Shown: in pieces, positions 10,507 to 20,349 of the stretch | Layout: every line of letters begins with the position of its first letter | How positions within the stretch are numbered: position 1 is the stretch's first letter | Assembly: GCA_963674735.2 (NCBI GenBank) | Contig: CAXXQS010000001.1 | Span: forward strand, 1,312,001-1,376,000 | DNA: 64,000 nucleotides | Origin: Myxococcota bacterium | GTDB lineage: Bacteria > Myxococcota_A > SURF-8 | Direction of reading: 5' to 3' | Notes under the pieces: model-generated | Seen by the model: only the letters and a program-made list of their open reading frames with translations | Databases searched by the model: none | What the model was told of the DNA's origin: nothing | Position numbers and translations under genes: made by a program

Positions 10507-12168
10507 TCAGTGTCGTAAAATCTCACCCAAGCGCTTGGTAAGCTTGAGGTTTTCCGAATAGTCAACCGGCACCACCACAACCGACGGCCGCGAGGCGTCG
10601 GCCAGCGCGGCTTGTAGAATCGGGACAAAATCCTGAGCTGCTTCAACGCGTGCGGCGCGGCAACCGAAGCTTTCGGCCAGCTTCACCAAGTCGGGATTGA
10701 GGAAGGCGGTGTGCGAATGTGCGCCGAACTGGGCTTCCTGCTTCCAAGTGATAAGTCCGTACTCGTTGTCTTCCCAGACGAGAAAAACCGCCGGGATTTT
10801 GTATTGCACCGCCGTTGCCAACTCCTGCACGTTCATCAGGAACCCGCCGTCTCCGCAAAGCCCGACGATGTGCTTTTCGGGATGCAAACGTTTGGCCGCG
10901 ATCGCGCCGGGCAGGGCGATACCCATGGAACAGAAGCCGTTCGAGATAATGCAGGTGTTCGGCTGGTAGGCCGGATAATTACGCGCCACCCACATTTTGT
11001 GCGCGCCCACATCGCTGATGAGGATATCGTCGTCGCGCATCACCTCACGCAGGTCGCGTAGAATGCGTTGCGGCTTCATGGGAAAGTGGTCGCTGGAGGC
11101 TTCGTATTCCAGCTCGGTCAGAATGTGTCGCCGCTCGGTGGCGAACTCCTCCACATCGCGTTTGTGGGCGTCGGTGAGGCCCTCGTTGATCGCCCACAGC
11201 GACCCGGCGATGTCTCCCACCACTTCGATTTCGGGCCGGTAGTGGTCGTCCACCTCGGCCGGGCTGAAATCGATATGCAGCACGTTCTTGTCGTTTTGCG
11301 GATTCCATACGGAGGGATGCCATTCCACCATGTCGTAGCCGATGCAAATCACCAGGTCGGCTTTGAAAAACGCTTCCGTGACGTGGTCGCGCGACTGCAA
11401 GCCGGCCGCCAGCAGACTGCGTTCGTGGCGAGCGCTGACGGCTCCCTTGCCCATGAAGGTATGGGCGACGTAAAGGCCGGTGGCGTCCACAAAACGATTA
11501 AGCTGCTTCATGGCACGGGTCCGAACACAGCCGTTACCCGCCAGAATGATGGGACGGCGACTGTTTTGAATTAGCTCCAAGGCCTGGGATACCGCTTTTT
11601 CGTCGGGTCCGGGTCGACGCACCTTGATTCCACGCTTGAAGGGCTTGTTCGAGGTTTCTTTCTTCGCAATGTTTTCAGGCAGTTCAACAAGACACGCGCC
11701 CGGTTTTTCCGCCATCGAGAGTTTGAAGGCTTTTCGAATCACCTCCGGAATGTTGCAGGCTTCGTGCACGGAATGCGCCCATTTCGTGATCGGCTGGAAC
11801 ATGCCGACGATGTCCATATTCTGATGCGATTCCTTGTGCAGACGTAGGGTGCTTCCCTGACCGGCGATGGCGACCACCGGGCTGTGGTCCATATTTGCGT
11901 TGGCGACGCCGGTAACCAGGTTGGTCGCGCCGGGGCCGAGCGTGGCCAGGCAAACGCCCGGTTTGCCGGTCAGACGACCGTGCAGATCGGCCATGAAAGC
12001 CGCGCCCTGCTCGTGTCGGCAGATGATGAACTCGATGGGAGAGTCTAAAAGCGAGAGCATCAGGTCGGCATTTTCTTCACCCGGCACACCGAAAATGGTG
12101 TCAACACCTTCTTCTTCCAGGCAGCGGAGAAACAGATCCGACGCTTTTTGAAAGTGAACATCTCGCAC
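10507..12168 (-). CDS. ThDP-dependent enzyme, acetolactate synthase large-subunit family (no small subunit nearby)
   Basis: FGVPGEEN, RHEQGAAFMA, TLGPGATN, GDGGFLMN ThDP motif; start likely GTG ~12168 rather than 12243. Confidence 0.9.
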   Translation of the reverse strand: MRDVHFQKASDLFLRCLEEEGVDTIFGVPGEENADLMLSLLDSPIEFIICRHEQGAAFMADLHGRLTGKPGVCLATLGPGATNLVTGVANANMDHSPVVAIAGQGSTLRLHKESHQNMDIVGMFQPITKWAHSVHEACNIPEVIRKAFKLSMAEKPGACLVELPENIAKKETSNKPFKRGIKVRRPGPDEKAVSQALELIQNSRRPIILAGNGCVRTRAMKQLNRFVDATGLYVAHTFMGKGAVSARHERSLLAAGLQSRDHVTEAFFKADLVICIGYDMVEWHPSVWNPQNDKNVLHIDFSPAEVDDHYRPEIEVVGDIAGSLWAINEGLTDAHKRDVEEFATERRHILTELEYEASSDHFPMKPQRILRDLREVMRDDDILISDVGAHKMWVARNYPAYQPNTCIISNGFCSMGIALPGAIAAKRLHPEKHIVGLCGDGGFLMNVQELATAVQYKIPAVFLVWEDNEYGLITWKQEAQFGAHSHTAFLNPDLVKLAESFGCRAARVEAAQDFVPILQAALADASRPSVVVVPVDYSENLKLTKRLGEILRH

Positions 12169-12376
12169 GGGATCGCCACTGGGCTTTTCGCATTTGGACG
12201 GCACGAGTCCTTCCTTTCCGCAATGTGAAGACCCGATCATCATGCCGGGCGGTTTGGTCTATTGAAAGCAGGTGTAACCAATTAACTTTATAGCACACCC
12301 CTCCAGTCGAAGCCAGTCAAGATCGTCGGGTCTGGCATGCGGGTTAACGTTACGGCTTCCATTGCGTCGGGAGCAT

Positions 12377-12411
12377 AAAAAGAGAGACGGGAACGCCTGG
12401 TTCCCGTCTCT
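12377..12411 (-). terminator. Intrinsic terminator of the fadL-like/lipoprotein operon
   Basis: agagacgggaac/gttcccgtctct perfect stem with an A-tract on the left (U-tract on the minus strand). Confidence 0.8.
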
Positions 12412-12431
12412 TGAACTCGATGAAAAGCTTG

Positions 12432-13889
12432 CTACGGATTGGGCTGTGTTTCGATGGAAACCGTATACTTCAGCCAGCCGTCCTCTTCTTTGCTGAGTGC
12501 GATGGCGTCTTCACAGGTGGCGTCTTCGTCCATACGCTGCATGTGGAAGAAACTCAGGTTTTCGTCGGGGAAGGCCGGGAAACTGAGCTCGGGGTAAACC
12601 AGCGAGTCCTGGTCCGCGCCGATTTCATACTGCTCGTTGTCGTGGAACACAATACCCTTGATATGATTTTCGTCGAGGATGGTCGCGGTGTGCAGGCGCG
12701 ATTCCCAACGCTGGGTACTGAAGATCTTGCCGTTTAAAAGGCCCGTGAGCTGGGTGGTCATGCCGGGGTATCCGTCCATATCCTGATCGAAAACACGCGG
12801 GTCGACGTTGTCGGGGTTGTCCAGGTCGAGTTTGGGGATATCTTCATTGAGAAGGTCTTCCAGGACCGCGCCGCGTACTTCGGTGAAGGTGCTGGTGGTG
12901 TCCCAGGTCGCGCCCGCTTCGAGTTTGGGCGGGTTTTCCAACTCGTGGCGCAGCATGGAGACGTTGTCCCAGTAGGCCTTCGGGATGATCATGCCGCCGG
13001 TGACGGTCTGGGTCGGATCTTCGACGCTGTACGTGACGGAACTACCATCATCCTCTTCCAACAGATTCCACATGAACATCTTGCAGGCTTTGGATTCGAT
13101 GATCAGTTTGTCGCCGTCGCGGCTGACACGCGTGAGCATGGTGTGCTGAGAAACGGTACTGATTTCGTTGATGATGGGAATCCCGGTGGTGAGCTGGGCG
13201 GTGTTGAACATCATGCCCCACACGCCGACATAGGCTTCGGCGTTGGAACCGGCATCGCCCGTGCCCAGATCCACTTCGCCGTTGTCCTGACAAACGGCGT
13301 CTTCGTTGCAACTCCACTGGTAACCGTAATCGATGCAGGGACGGTCGGCGCAGTTGTCCAGCCAATGATGGGTGGCGCAATCGAGATCCGGCACGCAGCT
13401 ACCTTTGGTTTCCGTTTGTGTGTCACCGTCGGGATCGTCGCCGTCAGAATCGTCGCCATCGGGAGCATCGCCATCGGGAGAATCCGAGACAATGCAGGCG
13501 AAATTATCGCAAATCAGTCCGTTGCCGAATTTCGCGCAATCTTCGTTGGTTTGACATTCCGACAAGCAATAGCCGCTCTCCTGGCAGATGCCGAAGGTGC
13601 AGTTGGCGTTGCTTTCGCACACTTCCAGACACTGGTAGGTTACGCATTCCATATTGGTGCCGTATAGCGCGCAATCTTCATTTTTCCGGCAATCGCTGGC
13701 GCAAAAACCGCCGGGATTGCAGAAACCGAAGCTGCACTGGTCGTCGGCGGTACACGTTTGATAGCCGAGGGAGTCGAAATCGGTCTCGTGTCCTTGTTCG
13801 ATGGCACAACCCGCAAGCAGGACCAAACCGAGCATGGCGAGTACCCAAACACTCATAATCGATGATCTATACATGGTATCCTCCTGCAA
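12432..13889 (-). CDS. Lipoprotein with Cys-rich repeats, DGD linker and C-terminal domain of unknown function
   Basis: LLAGC lipobox; CxxDxxC repeats; PDGDAPDGDDSDGDDPDGD; DQDMDGYPG. Confidence 0.8.
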   Translation of the reverse strand: MQEDTMYRSSIMSVWVLAMLGLVLLAGCAIEQGHETDFDSLGYQTCTADDQCSFGFCNPGGFCASDCRKNEDCALYGTNMECVTYQCLEVCESNANCTFGICQESGYCLSECQTNEDCAKFGNGLICDNFACIVSDSPDGDAPDGDDSDGDDPDGDTQTETKGSCVPDLDCATHHWLDNCADRPCIDYGYQWSCNEDAVCQDNGEVDLGTGDAGSNAEAYVGVWGMMFNTAQLTTGIPIINEISTVSQHTMLTRVSRDGDKLIIESKACKMFMWNLLEEDDGSSVTYSVEDPTQTVTGGMIIPKAYWDNVSMLRHELENPPKLEAGATWDTTSTFTEVRGAVLEDLLNEDIPKLDLDNPDNVDPRVFDQDMDGYPGMTTQLTGLLNGKIFSTQRWESRLHTATILDENHIKGIVFHDNEQYEIGADQDSLVYPELSFPAFPDENLSFFHMQRMDEDATCEDAIALSKEEDGWLKYTVSIETQPNP

Positions 13890-13893
13890 CAGG

Positions 13894-15444
13894 CTAGAAT
13901 TCGTAGTGGAACGAAACGCTGGTCACGAACATCCATCCATACTGGCTGTATGACGGAAACCCCGGATTGTTGGTCTGTAAACCATATCCGGCTGAAATCG
14001 GGGCTTCTTCAACAATGGTTACCAGATGATCCGGGAATTCGTCGCGAATCTGGTTTGGATCCTTGTTGACCGTCCGTTTCAGCATTTGCCAGAATTGGAG
14101 CCCGATCTGAGCGTAGAACTGCCAGTCTTCGCCGAAACCGAAGTCGAAACGGTTGCCCATGCTGAGACCCCAGGTATCGCTATCGGCGTAGTTGGTACGG
14201 CCCTTTTGAGTGGGGACCGGCGAGGGGTTCCAGGCGAACCCGAGTTTTCCTTCAGACCAGCTTACGTAACGGTAACTGGTGTTCATATTGACACTGAGGG
14301 TGTCGAACCACTTGTAGTCGTTGCCATTGATGGCGGGAGACGAAGAATTGGCGCGTTGGAAAACCGCGGCTTCTTCCGGATGTTCATAATGAATGTCGCG
14401 GTACTTCGACCAGCGATTCCAGGTCAGACCGGCTTGGATTTTCCAGTCGGGCAGCGGCATAAAGCCAAGCCCCGAGGACACTTCCATCGGCTCGTAATCG
14501 AGGGCCATATCCCACTCGGCTTTGACACGCATGGGGACGGTCTGAGGGCCGACATCGGAGACGCTCTCGTGGAAGTTCCACAGATTGACGCCGCCGCTGG
14601 CATCGGTTTTGATGTAGGATTCGTTGCGCCAGGTCATGCCGATCGTAAACCAATCGAGGGGCTGCGCATGAATACCCACGATGGGACGAAACTTCGGTAC
14701 GGCGGTGGTTTTTCCTGCCACCAGCATGTAGTCCTGCACGGTGGCTTCCGGGATGTAGACGTTGAGATCGGCCACCAACGCGGCGCTGACCTGCAGGCTG
14801 ACACCCAGGCTGATGTACTTGATCGGCGAATACGAAACACCAAACATACCGGTAATAATGGGCGACCATTCACCGAAACGCGCGAAGTGCATCTGGTTGG
14901 AGAAATACTGTTCGCGTTCGTCCGAGTAATAAAGCGCGGCATCCAGGGCGTTGATCACCGGGATCGTGGCCATACCGCCCACTCGGAATCCCTCAAGCCC
15001 GAAATCATACGTGAAACCGGCACCCAGGTAGGTTTCCACGTTCGTGACCCGGGTGTTGCTGCGCTTGTTGGTCAACTCGATGGTCGGCAGGGCGCGGTCG
15101 GGATTATCGGAGGCTGAAAGGCCGCCGACGCTGACTTCGTATATCTGCATCGGGACATCCGCATTGGCCGGTCTTGTTCCGACATTGACTTTGAAGCTCG
15201 GTTTGTAAAGGGTGAAATCCACACCGGAGTGTGGGGCAAACCGCGACATCAACGCAGGGTTCGAGTATAAAACGCCGTAGCTTTCTCCCCAGGAGTAGTC
15301 GGCATTGGCTCCCGCAACGGCCGAACTGTCGTAGCCGATCCACTTGAAAGCGGATGCGTGAGCCGTGATGGGCATGAGCAGGAGGGCCAGAATGGCCAGC
15401 CGCCCGCCCCAACGACGGATTTCGGGTAAGTGATGATGCGTCAT
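13894..15444 (-). CDS. OmpP1/FadL-family outer-membrane transporter
   Basis: Signal peptide ending AHA; N-terminal hatch with LYSNPALM (NPA motif); amphipathic strands; C-terminal Phe. Confidence 0.8.
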   Translation of the reverse strand: MTHHHLPEIRRWGGRLAILALLLMPITAHASAFKWIGYDSSAVAGANADYSWGESYGVLYSNPALMSRFAPHSGVDFTLYKPSFKVNVGTRPANADVPMQIYEVSVGGLSASDNPDRALPTIELTNKRSNTRVTNVETYLGAGFTYDFGLEGFRVGGMATIPVINALDAALYYSDEREQYFSNQMHFARFGEWSPIITGMFGVSYSPIKYISLGVSLQVSAALVADLNVYIPEATVQDYMLVAGKTTAVPKFRPIVGIHAQPLDWFTIGMTWRNESYIKTDASGGVNLWNFHESVSDVGPQTVPMRVKAEWDMALDYEPMEVSSGLGFMPLPDWKIQAGLTWNRWSKYRDIHYEHPEEAAVFQRANSSSPAINGNDYKWFDTLSVNMNTSYRYVSWSEGKLGFAWNPSPVPTQKGRTNYADSDTWGLSMGNRFDFGFGEDWQFYAQIGLQFWQMLKRTVNKDPNQIRDEFPDHLVTIVEEAPISAGYGLQTNNPGFPSYSQYGWMFVTSVSFHYEF

Positions 15445-15662
15445 GGATCTCCCTTGTATACGAAATAGACAGGTACCCTAAAACACACATTCGATAACCC
15501 GGCTGCCTCTTTCCGAGATACTCAGAAGCGGCGGTCCAGTTTTTTTCTTCGTTTGGTAACTACGGTAGCCGTGGCTTAACGTGTTGACTCGATAAACCTA
15601 ATCGAAAGACGAATGCTTTTGCAAGAAAAAGGTGAAAATTCTGTAATTATTTTGTAAAAGGA

Positions 15663-15682
15663 CTGAGTGAGCAGTCGCTCAG
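15663..15682. promoter_or_regulatory. Palindromic operator resembling the TetR-family FadR(YsiA) box
   Basis: ctgagtga-gcag-tcgctcag (8-4-8, one mismatch) in the divergent promoter region; same shape as TGAATGA-N4-TCATTCA. Confidence 0.5.
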
Positions 15683-15814
15683 GGAACGGGCGGAAATGCT
15701 CAAATATCATGGGTAAAAGGCGCTGGACAGACAATTTTAAGCTTTGTCGTGCAAGCAATTTCGGTTATGTTGAAATGTCACTCGTCTTCAGACTCACAAC
15801 GTAAAGGATATGCG

Positions 15815-17248
15815 ATGCCGTCGATCAATCCCATTCCTGATTTCAAGGCTCCCATCGATCGCGATGAAGCTCTTCGAATCGTAAAAAGCTTCGAGCGACA
15901 TATCAACCGCGGGCAGGTGCGTTACCTCAAGGCCGGTCATCTGGATGTGCTGGAAACCGAGCGCATAGGGGTGACCTTCGTCGACCCGATTTCGAAGCGT
16001 CGTATGATCGACTGCTTTTCGTCGGCGGGCAGCTTCAATGTTTCGCGGCACAATCCGCAGATTATGCAGGTCCTGGTGGACGCCTTGGACGAATGGGATA
16101 TGGGAAGCGCCGCGTGTCTGTCCGAAGCCAAACTGGCGTTTGCAAGAAAACTGGTGGATCACGCCCCCGGCGACCTCAACCGCATCCGTTTTGCGGCGGG
16201 GGGCGGAGATGCCGTGGATGGGGCGATCAAGCTGGCCAAAGGCGCAACCAAGCGCACGGAAGTGGTAAGCACGGTCATGGCCTATCATGGTCATACGGGC
16301 TTTGCCCTGTCGGCCAACGGCAAAGAACATTACCGCCACTATTGCGAGCCGCTGATGCCGGGCTTTCGCTTCGTTCCTTTCAACGATCTGGAAGCCATGC
16401 GCCATGCGATTTCCGACCGCACCGCGGCCGTGATCGTCGAACCGGTACAGGGCGAGGCGGGAATCTTTGTCGGAACGACCGACTACCTGCACGGACTGCG
16501 GCAGTTGTGCGACGAAATGGGGGCGCAACTCATTTTTGACGAGATCCAAACCGGTTTCGGGCGTACCGGGCGTCTGTTCGCTTGCGAACATGCGGGCGTG
16601 GTGCCCGATATCATGACCGTAGCCAAGTCGCTGGGCGGTGGACTTTACCCCAACGCGGCGATTTTATATCGCGAGACCGATACCTTGGTCCGTTTTGTGG
16701 ACACCTATCCCGACTTCCACCCGTCTGCGGTGGGCGGGTCTGATCTGGGCTGCAAGGTTTCGCTTGCGGTGCTGGAATACCTGATAGAAAACCGCATGTG
16801 GGAAAACGCCGCGCGTCAGGGCGAGCGTTTGAAAGCGGCGCTGAATAACATTCGGCGGCGTAATCCCAAGATCGTTAAGGACGTGCGCGGTATCGGGCTG
16901 ATGATCGGGATCGATTACCTGCATGAATTCATGGGCCCGATGATGGCGGATGCGCTGGCCCGGCACGGTGTTTTCGCCGCCTATTCGGGCAATGCGCCGC
17001 AGGTCATGCGCTTCATGGCACCCATCACCATCGATGACGCCGAAATGGACCGTCTGATCGACGCCATCGAGGCGGCCGTGGCCGACATGAAAAAGCTGCT
17101 GCCGCTGGCGCTTCCGGCTGCGCGGGTTCCGGTGGTGCTGAAGATGCTCAATAGCGAGAAGGTGCAGACGTCTCTATTCGGCCTGTTGCGCAAGGTGGAA
17201 GACGGGGCCAAGCGAATCGGACTGGGAACGGGAAGGGGGGCGAAATGA
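15815..17248 (+). CDS. Class-III PLP aminotransferase, subunit A (has the PLP lysine)
   Basis: [37 protein letters not shown]; ATG 15815 follows aaagga. Confidence 0.93.
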   Translation: MPSINPIPDFKAPIDRDEALRIVKSFERHINRGQVRYLKAGHLDVLETERIGVTFVDPISKRRMIDCFSSAGSFNVSRHNPQIMQVLVDALDEWDMGSAACLSEAKLAFARKLVDHAPGDLNRIRFAAGGGDAVDGAIKLAKGATKRTEVVSTVMAYHGHTGFALSANGKEHYRHYCEPLMPGFRFVPFNDLEAMRHAISDRTAAVIVEPVQGEAGIFVGTTDYLHGLRQLCDEMGAQLIFDEIQTGFGRTGRLFACEHAGVVPDIMTVAKSLGGGLYPNAAILYRETDTLVRFVDTYPDFHPSAVGGSDLGCKVSLAVLEYLIENRMWENAARQGERLKAALNNIRRRNPKIVKDVRGIGLMIGIDYLHEFMGPMMADALARHGVFAAYSGNAPQVMRFMAPITIDDAEMDRLIDAIEAAVADMKKLLPLALPAARVPVVLKMLNSEKVQTSLFGLLRKVEDGAKRIGLGTGRGAK

Positions 17249-18489
17249 GCCGACAAGCGATGACCCTGGAACAGATGAAAACCGAAGCGGCGGCGCTGTT
17301 CGGAACGGCGGCGGTCGGCCAGTTGGAAGCGCGCGGGCGCGACTTTCTGGAAGGGCGGCGCGCCGGATGCGAAATGTGGTCGGCGGAGGAAAAACGCTAT
17401 CTCGATGCGGATACCAACGGCGGTATCTTCAATCTGGGCCGCCGACACCCCGAGTTGGCCGAGGCTTTCAAGGGCGCGGTGGCGCAAACGGATCAGGGTA
17501 ATTTTCCGATGATTTCGCGGGAAAAAGCCGCTTTGGCCGAGGCGTTGAGCCGCTTTGTCCCGGGGTCGCTCGATTGCGCCATGTTCAGCGTCGTGCGCGG
17601 CGAAACGGTCGAAGGAGCCTGTAAAATCGCACGCGGTGTGACGGGGCGTAGCGAATTGATCGCCTTCGATGGTTCCTGGCATGGGGAAACCGGTTTCGCC
17701 ATGACCCTGTCGGACCGGAACGACAAGCGCTTGTACGGCGAAATGATCCCCGATGTGTTTCATCTGCCATTCGACGACTTGGATGCCGCCAAGCAGGCTA
17801 TCGGCAAACACACGGCGGCCGTTATTCTCGAACCGCTGCAAGCCGAAAACCATGCGCGGGCGGTCAGTGCGAAATTCGCGAAGGGCTTGCAACGCCTGTG
17901 TCGCAAGCATGGCGCATTGCTGATCGTCGACGAAACCCAAACCGGTCTGGGGCGTTGCGGCGCGGCATTCGCCTACATGAGTCTGGGGATCGAGCCCGAC
18001 ATGCTGATTACCGGTGAAGCTTTAGGGGGAGGATTGTTCCCCATCGCCGCGACCTTGCTGACTCAAAAAGTCAACGCCTACCTGAACGCTCATCCGCTGA
18101 TTCATCTGTCCACCTTCGGCGGCTCCGACCTGGGCTGCCGGGTGGCGTTGAAAACGTTGGAGATCATGGAACGCGAACGGATATGGGAAAAAGCGGCTCG
18201 CCAGGGATCGCGTTTCAAGCTCGGACTGGGCCATATCGCCGCCGATTATCCCGAGCTGTTCGTTTCGGTGGCGGGGGAGGGCCTGCTGCTCTCGCTTAAA
18301 TGCCGTGACGACGACACCGCCGCCGCATTTGTAAAGGCCTTGTCAACACGCGGTCTGTTGACGTCGCAGGGACGGGGAGACCGCTCTTCGGTCTTGTTCC
18401 GTCCTCCGCTCACCCTCGACGATGCAACGGCCGATGAGATGCTGAAAATCGCCGTTCTTGCCGGAGACGATCTGTCCAACGAGAAATGA
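17245..18489 (+). CDS. Class-III aminotransferase homologue, subunit B (PLP lysine replaced by Glu)
   Basis: EPLQAE, VDETQTGLGRCG, PDMLITGEALGGG, HLSTFGG; ATGA overlap with subunit A. Confidence 0.88.
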   Translation: MSRQAMTLEQMKTEAAALFGTAAVGQLEARGRDFLEGRRAGCEMWSAEEKRYLDADTNGGIFNLGRRHPELAEAFKGAVAQTDQGNFPMISREKAALAEALSRFVPGSLDCAMFSVVRGETVEGACKIARGVTGRSELIAFDGSWHGETGFAMTLSDRNDKRLYGEMIPDVFHLPFDDLDAAKQAIGKHTAAVILEPLQAENHARAVSAKFAKGLQRLCRKHGALLIVDETQTGLGRCGAAFAYMSLGIEPDMLITGEALGGGLFPIAATLLTQKVNAYLNAHPLIHLSTFGGSDLGCRVALKTLEIMERERIWEKAARQGSRFKLGLGHIAADYPELFVSVAGEGLLLSLKCRDDDTAAAFVKALSTRGLLTSQGRGDRSSVLFRPPLTLDDATADEMLKIAVLAGDDLSNEK

Positions 18490-18496
18490 GGCTGTC

Positions 18497-19699
18497 ATGA
18501 AGGCGCTATATTTCGAAAACAAACTTCTACCCGCTCTGGCGGTGAAGGTGGCCTCGCAAGTGGACCGCTTCGCCGCGTTGAAGGGTTTCTCTCCGCTCAA
18601 ATATGCCGAGGTGCCCGAGCCGTCCTTGCCGAATGCGCGCTGGCTGAAAGTGCGCAATCTGGCTTGTGGGCTGTGCGGGACCGACCTGCATTTCATGTTC
18701 ATGGACTTCGATCCGACCTGCTTTCCGGCCGCCATTCCAGGGATTTCCCGCAAGTTTCTCGGTCACGAACTGGTGGGCGAGGTGACGGCCGTCGGGGCCG
18801 AAGTTGAAAATCTGAAAGTAGGTGATCGTGTCGCCATGCGCATCGACTGGCCGAGTTGCAACCAGCTGGAAATCGATCCGCTATGCCCGCAATGCCAACG
18901 CGGCTACTACATGTTGTGCGAAAATCAGGGGACGGTGGACCTGCCGTTGCGGGATGTGGGCGGTGGCTTCTCGCCATACATGGTGATGCATCGCAGCCAG
19001 CCTTACAAAATCCCCGACGAACTCGATAACGACCACGCGCTGCTGCTGGAACCGCTGGCCAGCGCGGTGCACGGCGTTCTGAAAGCCTCGCCCGAACCCG
19101 GCAGCAAGATTCTGGTGATCGGTGCGGGAACCATGGGGTTGATGACGGTCGCCGCCTTGCGCGGGCTCTTTCCCGAGACCGACGTCTATTGTCTGGCGCG
19201 CTATCCCTTGCAGGCGGAAGCGGCGGCGCGCATCGGCGCAACGGTCCTCTCCGGTTCGGGGCCGCTTTACCGCAACCTGGCGGAAGTCACCCAGGCCCGG
19301 CACGTAAAGGGCTACCTGGGAAACGAGATTCTGCTCGGTGGTTTCGACGTGGTCTACGACACCGTGGGCGGCGACGCCACCTTGAGTCAGGCGCTGCGGG
19401 TCGTCAAGGGCGGCGGACGTGTGGTGCTCATCGGCATCAATTTCAAGCCCGGCAAGATCGACTACACGCCGGTCTGGGCGCAGGAAGTGGAGTTGACCGG
19501 CATCAACTGTCACGGAACGGAAGCGGATGGACGTACCAGCTTCGAGGTGGCGGCGGAATTGCTCAAACGCGGCGTGCTGGAACCGGAGTGGATCATCACC
19601 CACCGTTTCCCCGTCGCCGACTACAAAGACGCCGTCAAAACCTTCCTCACCAAAGGAAAAAACCAGGCCATCAAGATCGTTTTGGAACACGGGAAGTGA
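18497..19699 (+). CDS. Zn-dependent alcohol dehydrogenase (MDR family)
   Basis: CGLCGTD, GHELVG, structural Zn cysteines (C..CPQC..C), EP motif, GAGTMG Rossmann motif. Confidence 0.92.
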   Translation: MKALYFENKLLPALAVKVASQVDRFAALKGFSPLKYAEVPEPSLPNARWLKVRNLACGLCGTDLHFMFMDFDPTCFPAAIPGISRKFLGHELVGEVTAVGAEVENLKVGDRVAMRIDWPSCNQLEIDPLCPQCQRGYYMLCENQGTVDLPLRDVGGGFSPYMVMHRSQPYKIPDELDNDHALLLEPLASAVHGVLKASPEPGSKILVIGAGTMGLMTVAALRGLFPETDVYCLARYPLQAEAAARIGATVLSGSGPLYRNLAEVTQARHVKGYLGNEILLGGFDVVYDTVGGDATLSQALRVVKGGGRVVLIGINFKPGKIDYTPVWAQEVELTGINCHGTEADGRTSFEVAAELLKRGVLEPEWIITHRFPVADYKDAVKTFLTKGKNQAIKIVLEHGK

Positions 19700-19707
19700 G
19701 GAAGGGG

Positions 19708-20136
19708 CTACCGCCGCTTCCCCATGTAATTCATATACAGCGTTTCGCCGGGGAACAGCAGAAGCAGCATCACGAGCGACGGAAACAGGAAGGCCAGAAA
19801 CAACGGCCAGCTTCCGCTCAGGATAAACAGCACCAGCCCGTAAATCGCCACCGATTCCGATAGCGCCCAGCGCATGATGCAAAACACCTCAAAGGGCAGG
19901 GCGCGGGCGAGGAGGGTCGAAAGCAGGGATTGGCCGACGATGGCCGCCGTTGAAATAGCGCCGAAGGCGAGGGTGAGTGTTTGGATGAAGTCCGGGTCGG
20001 GGTCGGTTTTAACGATCCCGATTTGGGGGAAATAGGCTATGCCTCCATAGATGAATGTCGAAAAGGTGATGGCCGCCCAAATGATCCACAGCTTGCGGCG
20101 GCGCTCGGGTGTCAGTTCCTGTTCGTCCATCGGCAT
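19708..20136 (-). CDS. Small membrane protein (142 aa, about four TM helices)
   Basis: Only the 3' part of the listed 597-aa ORF is credible: ATG 20136 preceded by aaggg; hydrophobic segments; WALSESVAIYGLV. Confidence 0.7.
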   Translation of the reverse strand: MPMDEQELTPERRRKLWIIWAAITFSTFIYGGIAYFPQIGIVKTDPDPDFIQTLTLAFGAISTAAIVGQSLLSTLLARALPFEVFCIMRWALSESVAIYGLVLFILSGSWPLFLAFLFPSLVMLLLLFPGETLYMNYMGKRR

Positions 20137-20349
20137 GGCAACCCCTTGAAAGTCCAGTGTGTTCAAGCCCGGCAAGCATACGTCACCCGCTCCGCAGAAA
20201 CAAGCGCCGGAGAAGAAAAAATGTTCCGAAATCGGTGATTTGATCGACGAAACCCTTGAACATCCGGTAAAAATCGCGTAGGTTTTGATTAAATATGATC
20301 CTATGGGTCTGAAATCTGAAAATGTGGAAATTTTGACGAAGGATTGTCC

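Noticed and set aside
7769-12280. 13-bp direct repeat gcaggtgtaacca at 7769 and 12268 as possible island ends
   Set aside because: Repeated 13-mers are expected by chance in 64 kb, and no mobility gene is present
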